From contig QALW01000044.1 in NCBI GenBank assembly GCA_003150515.1, forward strand, positions 5,838 to 69,837: DNA of 64,000 bases, in the 5' to 3' direction. Positions within the stretch are counted from its first letter, which is position 1. Every line of letters starts with the position of its first letter. A model generated the notes under the pieces. It had not been told where the DNA came from and did not search any database. It was given only the letters and a program-made list of their open reading frames with translations. Positions 56,068 to 64,000 of the stretch are shown in pieces. Made by a program: the position numbers and the translations under genes. The DNA comes from Selenomonadales bacterium. Lineage in GTDB: Bacteria; Bacillota; Clostridia; Christensenellales; QALW01.

Positions 56068-56287
56068 GAAATTATTACTGGCTCAGGGAGGATAAGAGAG
56101 GAAGATTTCGGATTGTGCGGGAGTTTAGGCTGCCCAGCGCGGCATTGCGGTTCGCGCGGCCGCGCCGCCCCCGCCTCCCCCACCCAGAGCGGCCTTTGAG
56201 CGCAGCCTGGCTTTATGAGCGCCCGCCCGGAGCCGGGGCGGCGCTGGTTACATGGGCGGATATACAAAAAAGGAGGGAGCAGGAAAA

Positions 56288-57142
56288 ATGTTCTTAGCCG
56301 GAGATTGGCAGGATTATGAAATTATAGATACCGGCGACGGGATGAAATACGAGCGCTGGGGCGGCATATTTCTTCTGCGTCCCGATCCGCAGGTTATATG
56401 GCCGTATTTTGAGGAGCCGGGGCGCGTGGACGGATATTATAAGCGCTCGGCGCAGGGCGGAGGCTCCTGGCATTTTCCGGGCCGGGCGCCTGAAAGCTGG
56501 ACTATTGAGCGAAACGGGCTTAAATTTAAAATTAAGCCTATGGGCTTTAAGCATACCGGGCTTTTCCCGGAGCAGGCTGCCAACTGGGACTGGATGTGCG
56601 CGCTGGTGCGAAATGCAGGCAGGCCGGTTAAGATTTTAAATCTATTCGGATATACCGGCGGCGCAACGGCGGCGCTGGCTCAGGCGGGCGCGGCGGTCAC
56701 CCATGTGGACGCCGCTAAAAATATGGTTGCGCACGGCAGAGAGAATCTGGCCCTGTCGGGGCTGGCGGACAGGCCTGTGAGATGGATTGTAGAGGACTGC
56801 CGGAAATTCGTGGAGCGTGAAATGCGGCGGGGCAACAGCTACGACGGAATTATTATGGATCCTCCCAGTTACGGCCGCGGCCCGTCGGGCCAGGTCTGGA
56901 AGCTGGAGGAGGAGCTCTATCCCTTTGTCTCCCTATGCATGAACGTGCTTTCGGATAATCCGCTTTTTATGCTTATTAACAGCTACACTACAGGGCTTCA
57001 GCCGCTGGTATTATATAATATACTCTCCCGGCTGTTCAAAGGCAGGGGAGGGCGTATAGAAGCCGCGGAGGTGGGCCTGCCTGTAACGCGCGGAGGAATA
57101 ATACTGCCCTGCGGCGCTTCGGGGCGCTGGCAGAACGCCTGA
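56288..57142 (+). CDS. class I SAM-dependent methyltransferase (RlmI/RlmK-like catalytic domain)
   Basis: LNLFGYTGGATAALAQAGA...HVDAAK...IIMDPPSYGRG. Start set at the ATG that has an AGGAGGGAG RBS. Confidence 0.82.
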   Translation: MFLAGDWQDYEIIDTGDGMKYERWGGIFLLRPDPQVIWPYFEEPGRVDGYYKRSAQGGGSWHFPGRAPESWTIERNGLKFKIKPMGFKHTGLFPEQAANWDWMCALVRNAGRPVKILNLFGYTGGATAALAQAGAAVTHVDAAKNMVAHGRENLALSGLADRPVRWIVEDCRKFVEREMRRGNSYDGIIMDPPSYGRGPSGQVWKLEEELYPFVSLCMNVLSDNPLFMLINSYTTGLQPLVLYNILSRLFKGRGGRIEAAEVGLPVTRGGIILPCGASGRWQNA

Positions 57143-57319
57143 CGGCTGTTTCTGGGCAGGCGCAGGCCGGGGCGCGGCCGGAGCCCTGCGCCGCTGCATG
57201 CGCGCGGGCTTAAGAATCTCCCGGCGTTTCATAAATTTCGGATTATTAATCCGGAAGAGCGCCTTTCCGCGCCTGATAGGGGTTCTGCGCAAATTTAATG
57301 AATGGACGAGGATTGATAT

Positions 57320-58021
57320 ATGCCTAAGCTGCAAATTTTATTTGAGGATAATCATTGCATAGTGGTGGATAAGCCCAATAATCTTCCCGTACAGGCGGAT
57401 TCCAGCGGAGACGCGGATTTGCTGAGTATGGCCAAGGAATATGTCCGGGAAAAATATAATAAGCCGGGCGAAGCGTATATAGGGCTGGTGCACCGCCTGG
57501 ACAGGCCGGCCGGAGGGCTGGTTGTGCTGGCCAAAACCTCAAAGGCCGCGGCCCGGCTCTCGGCGCAGGCAAGAGAGAGGGAATTGGGCAGGCAGTATCT
57601 TCTTATAGTCAGAGGGGCGCCTAAGGCGCGCGCGGGAGAAATTAAAAATTATCTTCTTAAGGAGCCTGCCGCCAATATGGTGCGCATTGTGCCCGCCGCG
57701 ACAGAGGGGGCCAAGGAGGCCGTTCTTAATTATAAATTGCTTCAGACAATCAATCAGCCCGGAGAAGGAGAGCTCTCTTTAATAGAGGTAAGCCTGCAAA
57801 CAGGCCGCTCCCATCAGATAAGAGTGCAGATGGCGGGCTTGGGATGCCCTCTTTACGGCGATCAGAAATACGGCCCCCATTTGAATAAAAAGGGCCAGCA
57901 GCTTGCCCTGCATGCGGCAAAATTGAGCTTTATCCATCCCACGCTTAAGGATAAGCGCGTGTTTATAAGCTATCCCCCGGCTAAAGCGCCCTGGACATAT
58001 TTCAATATAAATCTGGAATAG
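57320..58021 (+). CDS. RluA-family pseudouridine synthase (no S4 domain)
   Basis: HRLDRPAGGLVVLAK, GRSHQIRVQMA. Confidence 0.88.
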   Translation: MPKLQILFEDNHCIVVDKPNNLPVQADSSGDADLLSMAKEYVREKYNKPGEAYIGLVHRLDRPAGGLVVLAKTSKAAARLSAQARERELGRQYLLIVRGAPKARAGEIKNYLLKEPAANMVRIVPAATEGAKEAVLNYKLLQTINQPGEGELSLIEVSLQTGRSHQIRVQMAGLGCPLYGDQKYGPHLNKKGQQLALHAAKLSFIHPTLKDKRVFISYPPAKAPWTYFNINLE

Positions 58022-58150
58022 ATTGAATGCGGCCCCTCAGAAATATAAGCAGGGCAATGATGATAAATCTTTTTTACCCTCGCTGAGCCGCTGAGGGAGT
58101 TTTTTAATTTTCGAGCGGGGCTGCCGGGGCGGAAAGGGGAGACTGTACAT

Positions 58151-59041
58151 ATGGATTTTACGGGCAAAAACATAGTGATTACCGGCGCTTCTTCGGGCAT
58201 AGGCCTGGCGTCGGCGCGCCTGCTGGCGCAAAAGGGCGGGAACGTCTACGCGCTCTCCCGCCGAGCCAGGACGGGTGAGAGGACTAATTGCGGACGGGGA
58301 CGGATTATAGAAGTAGGCTGCGACGTGACGGACAGCCGTTCGGTTAGAGAAGCGTTTGAATATATTTTTTCGGACGCAGAAAATATTTACGGCCTGGTAA
58401 ACTGCGCGGGCACGGGCATAGCCGGAGCCGTGGAGGAGACTTCGGAGGAAGAACTCTCCGGCCAGCTGGACTGCAATCTTTACGGAACGCTGCGCGCTCT
58501 CAGGGAGGCGCTGGGCAGGATGCGGAAGCAGGGAGAGGGCCGGGTTGTAAATATGAGCTCGGTCGGCGGGCTGATAGGCCTGCCCTTTCAAGGCATGTAC
58601 AGCGCCTCAAAATTCGCGCTGGAGGGCATGACCGAAGCGCTGAGGAACGAATTGCGCCCCTTTGGAATCAGGGTTTGCTTAATAGAGCCGGGCGACGTGC
58701 GCACGGGATTTACCCGCAGCCGCCGTTATACGGCTCGGACGCGGGAGAGCGAGGTATACCGGCGCGAGCTTTGCAGCGCCGTAAACGCAATGTCGGTCAG
58801 CGAGGAAAAGGGCATGCCCCCCGAAAAGGTGGCGCGGCTGGTTTTGAGGGCGCTGAGCATGAAAAATCCGCCGGTGAGAATGGCTGCCGGAGGCGGCTAT
58901 AAGGCGCTTTGCTTTATAAAACGCTTTTTGCCCGACAGGCTGGTGAGCTGGGTTGTTTTTAAAATGTACTGTACGCGCAAAAGCCTGGGCTCGGAATACT
59001 GGGATTTTGAAAAGGACGTGCTGGGCGTGAAAAAAGGCTGA
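58151..59041 (+). CDS. SDR-family oxidoreductase
   Basis: ITGASSGIGLA, NMSSVGG, YSASKFALEG. Confidence 0.88.
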   Translation: MDFTGKNIVITGASSGIGLASARLLAQKGGNVYALSRRARTGERTNCGRGRIIEVGCDVTDSRSVREAFEYIFSDAENIYGLVNCAGTGIAGAVEETSEEELSGQLDCNLYGTLRALREALGRMRKQGEGRVVNMSSVGGLIGLPFQGMYSASKFALEGMTEALRNELRPFGIRVCLIEPGDVRTGFTRSRRYTARTRESEVYRRELCSAVNAMSVSEEKGMPPEKVARLVLRALSMKNPPVRMAAGGGYKALCFIKRFLPDRLVSWVVFKMYCTRKSLGSEYWDFEKDVLGVKKG

Positions 59042-59280
59042 ATTTGGCCTTGCATACAGCCAAAAATGAATAAACGGCTCATGAACGGTTAATAAATTGT
59101 AAATATTTACTATAAAGCCGGGATTGAGAAATAAAAGCCTTGCGCGGCGGAGGCGGCGGGGATATTATATGTGAGAAGCGCGCCCTTTTATTTGCGGGCA
59201 CGGGCCTAAAACGGCGGGCCTTTGTTCCCGGCCCGGGGCGTTTTTAAAAAATATAAGAATTTGAATGGGAGCTGATAGTT

Positions 59281-60141
59281 ATGTTCAGGCTTATAACGGA
59301 TATGTGCTGCGATCTGACCAAGGAGATGTGCGAGGAATTTGGGATTCTGGCCGTTCCCATGAGCTATACTATGGACGGCAGGGATTTTTTGCATACGCTG
59401 GAGGACGGAAATCCGCATGAATTTTATCAGGCGCTGAGAAACGGCAGCATAAGCAAAACCAGTCAGATTAACAGCGAGGATTTTATAGAATTTTTCACGC
59501 CCTTCCTCGAGCAGGGCGAGGATATTCTATATTTAGCTTTTTCTTCGGGGCTGAGCGGCACCTATCAAAGCGCCTGCATTGCGGCGGAGGAATTAAAGAA
59601 ACGCTTTAGCGAACGCACGGTTGCGGTTGTGGATTCGCTGGCGGCTTCCATGGGGCTGGGGCTTATGGCGTATTACGCCTCATGCCGCATTAAAGAGGGC
59701 ATGAATCTGGCGGAGACGGTTTCCTGGCTGGAGAGCAATAAATTAAAGGTTAACCATTGGTTTACAGTGGACGATCTGCACTTTTTGCGCAGAGGAGGAA
59801 GAGTTACGGGCGCGGCGGCTTTCGTGGGCAGCCTTTTATCCATAAAGCCCGTTCTGCATACGGACGACGAGGGCAAATTAATACCCATGGAGAAAACCAG
59901 GGGACGCGCTAAAGCGCTGCGCGGGCTGGCGGAAAAATTAGAGCAGCAGGGAGAGAGTATTAACGGACAGACCATATTTATCAGCCACGGGGACTGCCTG
60001 GAGGACGCCGAGCATGTGCGCGGGCTTATAGCTGAAAAATATCCAGACTGCAAATTCAGAATGAATTATATAGGGCCGGTAATCGGCTCTCATTCAGGGC
60101 CGGGCACGGTGGCTGTGTTTTTTATGGGCGTTAAGCGCTAG
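59281..60141 (+). CDS. DegV-family fatty-acid-binding protein
   Basis: 286 aa; the motifs ITDMCCDLTKEM...TSQIN...VVDSLAASMGLG...IGPVIGSHSGPG are typical of DegV. Confidence 0.88.
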   Translation: MFRLITDMCCDLTKEMCEEFGILAVPMSYTMDGRDFLHTLEDGNPHEFYQALRNGSISKTSQINSEDFIEFFTPFLEQGEDILYLAFSSGLSGTYQSACIAAEELKKRFSERTVAVVDSLAASMGLGLMAYYASCRIKEGMNLAETVSWLESNKLKVNHWFTVDDLHFLRRGGRVTGAAAFVGSLLSIKPVLHTDDEGKLIPMEKTRGRAKALRGLAEKLEQQGESINGQTIFISHGDCLEDAEHVRGLIAEKYPDCKFRMNYIGPVIGSHSGPGTVAVFFMGVKR

Positions 60142-60286
60142 CCGGCGGGGCTTTTGATTCTGTTGCCACGGGGCAGCGGACATTCTGGCAAAAACTCATT
60201 GTAAAAGGCGGCTGATGAGAGCAATCTCATCCGCCGCCTTGCTGTCTTTGCGCCGTTTAAAAGCATTTATAACGACTTATCTTGCA

Positions 60287-61930
60287 TTATTTATTCACAA
60301 CCATAAGCATTCCTTCCGCTCCCAGCCTGTTCTCAGGTTCTAAAAGCAGCCCCTTTTTAATTAATTCTTCTATGATGCCTGACAGAATTCTAATCCCGGC
60401 GATTAGCTGAGTGTAAATTTGGTATTCGCTGATTAGATGTTCGGGAATATGCTCTCTCATAAATTGCGAAAGCTCTTCCGCTATCTCTTCAACGAGCTCT
60501 CCCGCTTTATTATTCAGTTTAAAGGAAAGATTGTAGAAGTCCATATCATCTTTTTTATCAATTACGATGATCCTTGGTTCAAGCAAATGCCCCTTTTTGC
60601 GTAAATAACCGCACTCAATGGCCTTCGCGGCAATTTCTTTTTCGCTTTCAGTCAGGTCGTCAATGTTTAATCCGCCTATTGCCCGTATCAGCATTAACAG
60701 CATATCGTCATGCGCGATATTATATCCGCAGTAAAAATGCTTATCAAGCCTTTCTCCATAGATATTGGAAACAAAAACAGATTTATAACCGCCTATTTGA
60801 GTTGCATCGATGCCATCGCTTCCGTAAAAGCCGAAGTTTGGGTTCTGCTCGTCTGTAAAAGCTACTGCTACGCATGAAAAGCTTCTGTTTATCGGAATAA
60901 TATCACGGAAATATTTTTCCATAATAACCTTGTTGATTCTATCCTGAAAATCCCAAACCGTTCTTGAAATTAAAGCCCACAATATAAAATTTAAATGGTT
61001 TTGTTGGCTCAAATAAGGGAATTCAAGAATTTCTTTTTCATTCCGTTTTAATTGGTCTATTATTAATTTGCAGTATTCAGGAAGACGCTTTTCGTATATC
61101 CTGTTCGCTTGATTATATTCGCTGTAATCAACAAGGAGGATATTCAAAGCATATTTTTCATTATCAAGCTTGCGGAGCATACCATAGCTGCCGTTTTCTC
61201 CTCTGCATTGAATTTCCAGTTCTTCTTCAACGTATGGCATGGGGATACATAACTCATCCGATAATTCTTTTGCGGATTTTGGCTTATCCTTGCAAAGATA
61301 AATAAGATTCTGCGAAAGCATGCGTTCGGCCTTGCTCCTGGGATCATTGCCGCATGGATTGCCCGTTCCGGATATGGCCAGTCTTATTGGCTTTAAAGAT
61401 AAATTTCGCTTATTCATTGTTTCAACCTCTTTTCTAATTATATTCCGGGCGGAAAATAAACGTTGTTTTACAGAATTTTCGGAGATATTAAGGTATTGAG
61501 CAATATCTTTGATTTTTATTTCATCAATATAATACATAACCATAACGTCCCGATATGCTTTTGATAAAAAAGAGATTTCCCTGAATATCGTCTTTAAGTG
61601 TTCAGTTTCTGCTATTTGTTCAAATAATTCCTCAATATCATCTGTTTTTGATAATAAAGACAGTTCGGTGTTTTCTATACTGATATCTTTTTTTCGTTTA
61701 TTTCTTTTGTCACAGAAATCAGCATAGACTCTGCGTGCTATTGACCACGCGAATGCATAAAAATCATTGATTTCATTTTGTTTATGTATCGCTGAAATTA
61801 CAGCGATAATAATGTTTGAACACAAATCCTCTGCGTCGAAGGAAGTACTGCACCTTCTGTATGCAAAGCCATAGATTTTTTCAAGAAAATCACTATTATC
61901 TATCAATTCAAAAACTTCATCTATTTTCAT
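60287..61930 (-). CDS. sigma-70-family (ECF-like) sigma factor with a roughly 370-aa C-terminal extension of unknown function
   Basis: Region 2-like DAEDLCSNIIIAVISAI...FYAFAWSIARRVYADF. Region 4 HTH IKDIAQYLNISENSVKQRLFSARNIIRKE ends near aa 175, and the remainder has no recognised motif. The gene is visibly more AT-rich than its neighbours. Confidence 0.8.
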   Translation of the reverse strand: MKIDEVFELIDNSDFLEKIYGFAYRRCSTSFDAEDLCSNIIIAVISAIHKQNEINDFYAFAWSIARRVYADFCDKRNKRKKDISIENTELSLLSKTDDIEELFEQIAETEHLKTIFREISFLSKAYRDVMVMYYIDEIKIKDIAQYLNISENSVKQRLFSARNIIRKEVETMNKRNLSLKPIRLAISGTGNPCGNDPRSKAERMLSQNLIYLCKDKPKSAKELSDELCIPMPYVEEELEIQCRGENGSYGMLRKLDNEKYALNILLVDYSEYNQANRIYEKRLPEYCKLIIDQLKRNEKEILEFPYLSQQNHLNFILWALISRTVWDFQDRINKVIMEKYFRDIIPINRSFSCVAVAFTDEQNPNFGFYGSDGIDATQIGGYKSVFVSNIYGERLDKHFYCGYNIAHDDMLLMLIRAIGGLNIDDLTESEKEIAAKAIECGYLRKKGHLLEPRIIVIDKKDDMDFYNLSFKLNNKAGELVEEIAEELSQFMREHIPEHLISEYQIYTQLIAGIRILSGIIEELIKKGLLLEPENRLGAEGMLMVVNK

Positions 61931-62210
61931 TTGTTGTCTTCCTGTCTTCCGTTTGCAAACATCTTACGCATATATAGTCGAAGAAAATACGAATTGGTTA
62001 GATGGTTTGCAAAATAAATTTCTCACGTTTCAAAATTTTGTCCTGCGCCGCTGAAGCTGCTGTCAATTGTTTGCGGGAATAAAGATAAATTCCTGCTGTT
62101 CGGGAGATAAGCGAATATGGCAGGATTATAGCATATAAATTAAGTATAGCAAAAGCGGAGCTTAAGAAGCTTTAAAAAAGGCGGAGGAAAAATAAAATTG
62201 AACTTAGCTA

Positions 62211-62239
62211 TTGCAGTTAAGGGAATTATGCTATATAAT
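62211..62239 (+). promoter_or_regulatory. promoter of yaaQ-holB-yaaT
   Basis: TTGCAG, 17-nt spacer, TATAAT (62234..62239). Confidence 0.55.
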
Positions 62240-62343
62240 ATATATGAGTATTAATTTTGCCTCCGCCCCTTGAACGGGGCGGGCGTTCTATTTATATTAT
62301 AATCAGAACAGTCCTATTAGATCTAGGACAGAAAGGGATGGCC

Positions 62344-62676
62344 ATGAAGCTTATAATAGCTATTGTTCAGGATGAGGATGCCGGAAGGCTTATAAGCTCG
62401 CTTATGAAGGAGGGCTATGGCGTAACCAAGCTTGCCACAACGGGCGGCTTTCTGCGCGCGGGCAATACTACGCTGCTGCTGGGCGTAGAGGATGAAAAAT
62501 TAGAGCACGCTCTGGAATTCATAGAAGGCATATGCAAAAGCAGGAAGCAGATGGTTTCGGCCAACAGCACTTCTTTGGACGTATCCATGAATATGGGCAT
62601 GTCCTCCAATATTGAAATTATGGTGGGAGGAGCCACGGTATTTGTGCTGGACGTGGTTAAATTCAGCAAATTCTGA
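62344..62676 (+). CDS. darA: cyclic-di-AMP receptor protein (DarA/PstA, YaaQ family, PII-like)
   Basis: MKLIIAIVQDEDAGRLISSLMKEGYGVTKLATTGGFLRAGNTTLLLGVEDEKL matches the YaaQ pattern, and it lies upstream of holB as in Bacillus. The start could also be 62338. Confidence 0.85.
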   Translation: MKLIIAIVQDEDAGRLISSLMKEGYGVTKLATTGGFLRAGNTTLLLGVEDEKLEHALEFIEGICKSRKQMVSANSTSLDVSMNMGMSSNIEIMVGGATVFVLDVVKFSKF

Positions 62677-63575
62677 TGTACGAAAGATACCAGCTTGTTT
62701 TGCATTCCAGGCAGTTTGAGGATATAAGGCGCAGCTTTTTAAACGGGCGCGCCGCTCATGCCTATATTATAGAAGGGCCGGCTGGGGCGGGCAAGCGGAC
62801 GCTTTCCAAACTGGCCTCGGCCTTAATTGTATGCCGGGAAAAAAGAGCATGTTTGGATTGCCCGGACTGCCGCCGCGCGCTTTTGGGCGTTCATCCGGAC
62901 GTTCATTTATACAGCTCGGAAAAACGCATATCGGTTAAGGACATGCGCGGATTAATCGAGCAGTCGGCTTTAAAGCCCTATGAGGCGGATTACGGCGTAT
63001 ATATAGTGGAGAACGCGCATACGGCTACGGCCGAGGCGCAGAATTGCCTGCTTAAAACGCTGGAGGAGCCCCCGGGGGACAGCATATTTATGCTGCTTGC
63101 TCTGAACGCGGGACAGCTTTTGCCCACCGTGCGTTCCCGGTGCAGGCTTGTGCGCATGACGGGCTTTTCGGACGAATTGATTTTTCGTCAGCTTCAGGCG
63201 CTTTATCCGGGAGAGGAAAAATGCAGGCAGGCCGCGCAGATGGCGGGCGGCAATATAGGCCGGGGAGTGGCTCTTATTGAAAAACGGGAGCTTTGGGAAC
63301 TGGCCGCGCTGGCCGAGAGGCTTTGCGCTGAGGCGGACAGCTTAAGCGCCGCGCAGGCTGCCGAGATGCTCAGGGGAGCCAAGGATAAAATGGACGAGCT
63401 GCTCCCGTTATTGGAGGAGCGGCTTATTCGCGCGGGGGACGTTAAATCCTTAGCCAGGCTGGGATATGTCGAGGACGCCGTGCGCAGGCTGGAGGAAAAC
63501 GTCAACCCTGCTTTGGCGCTGGACGGGTTAGCTTATTATTTTACTAAGGGAGATTCTAAATGGCAAAAATTATAG
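62676..63575 (+). CDS. holB: DNA polymerase III delta' subunit
   Basis: GPAGAGKRT, zinc module CLDCPDCRR, NCLLKTLEEPP, SRC motif TVRSRCRL. The ATG overlaps the upstream TGA. Confidence 0.9.
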   Translation: MYERYQLVLHSRQFEDIRRSFLNGRAAHAYIIEGPAGAGKRTLSKLASALIVCREKRACLDCPDCRRALLGVHPDVHLYSSEKRISVKDMRGLIEQSALKPYEADYGVYIVENAHTATAEAQNCLLKTLEEPPGDSIFMLLALNAGQLLPTVRSRCRLVRMTGFSDELIFRQLQALYPGEEKCRQAAQMAGGNIGRGVALIEKRELWELAALAERLCAEADSLSAAQAAEMLRGAKDKMDELLPLLEERLIRAGDVKSLARLGYVEDAVRRLEENVNPALALDGLAYYFTKGDSKWQKL

Positions 63576-64000
63576 GAGTTCGCTTCAGGAATTCCGGCAA
63601 GGTATATTATTTTAATCCGGGGCGGTATATTATAAAGGCGGGCTCGGGAGTTATAGTTGAGACTGTTCAGGGAGTGGAATTCGGAGAGGTGAGCATAGGC
63701 ACGAAGGAAGTGCCTGATGAAGAAATAGTAGCTCCGCTTAAGGAGATTATACGCGTGGCCTCTCCTAAGGATTACGAGCAGCTTGAGGAAAATAAGAATA
63801 AGGAGCAAAAGGCCTTTGAGACGGCCTCGCGCAAAATCGCCGAACACAAGCTGGATATGAAGCTGGTGAGGGTGGAATATACCTTTGACGGAGCCAAGAT
63901 AGTATTTTATTTCACTTCGGACGGCAGAGTGGATTTCAGGAATCTGGTTAAGGATTTGGCGCAGACTTTTAAAAGCAGAATAGAATTGAGGCAGATTGGC
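63560..64000 (+). CDS. ricT: PSP1-domain protein (YaaT/RicT), 5' part running off the window
   Basis: Own translation: MAKIIGVRFRNSGKVYYFNPG...VEYTFDGAKIVFYFTSDGRVDFRNLVKDLAQTFKSRIELRQIG. AAGGGAG RBS. It is missing from the ORF track because no stop lies in the window. Confidence 0.9.
   Translation, partial: MAKIIGVRFRNSGKVYYFNPGRYIIKAGSGVIVETVQGVEFGEVSIGTKEVPDEEIVAPLKEIIRVASPKDYEQLEENKNKEQKAFETASRKIAEHKLDMKLVRVEYTFDGAKIVFYFTSDGRVDFRNLVKDLAQTFKSRIELRQIG

Noticed and set aside
59042-59280. tRNA or other small RNA genes in the larger intergenic gaps (also 47763..47998 and 61931..62210)
   Set aside because: No GTTCGAATC-type T-arm or cloverleaf-compatible segments were seen by eye. Without tRNAscan or Infernal I cannot exclude unusual small RNAs.

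Overview
The window looks like a chromosomal segment of a moderately GC-rich Firmicutes/Clostridia-type genome. This rests on rpsF-ssb-rpsR, yaaQ-holB-yaaT synteny, DegV, CotH, AGGAGG-type RBSs and TTGACA/TATAAT promoters. Most of it is housekeeping. On the minus strand at the left end there is a co-directional glnA, ANTAR regulator, carA and carB block, where carB reads in frame into a complete dapF, followed by a probable dapL 5' end. Next come a polytopic membrane protein, a DUF5050-like lipoprotein, rpsF-ssb-rpsR and an amino-acid ABC transporter. A five-gene split (archaeal-type) glutamate-synthase cluster follows a 1.1-kb non-coding region. After that come a 904-aa lipoprotein, rluB, an acyl-CoA synthetase with an XRE-cupin regulator, htpG, hom, coaX with an ECF S-component, ldh, malic enzyme, and a convergent SH3 protein / CotH-LTD lipoprotein pair. 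The right end holds a T-box-like leader plus ileS, a SAM methyltransferase, an RluA-family synthase, an SDR, DegV, an AT-rich island with a sigma-70 factor carrying a long C-terminal extension, and yaaQ-holB-yaaT(partial). Two things stand out. (1) A 10.5-kb phage-derived block (34.0-44.5 kb) encodes only TerS, TerL, portal, scaffold, capsid, 4-5 neck/tail-like proteins and a LysM protein. It has no integrase, replication, lysis or receptor-binding genes, sits between housekeeping genes, and is invaded by the host repeats. It is a candidate domesticated or GTA-like particle module. (2) Nearly every larger intergenic gap holds a pervasive, mosaic, GC-rich repeat family. It is built from back-to-back perfect hairpins with unique stems, a hairpin class with a conserved CCATGTCC loop and fully covarying stems, a CCTTTAAAGG box and a CTTTATAT...CCCGCCCGC module. 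No rRNA, tRNA or CRISPR array was recognised.
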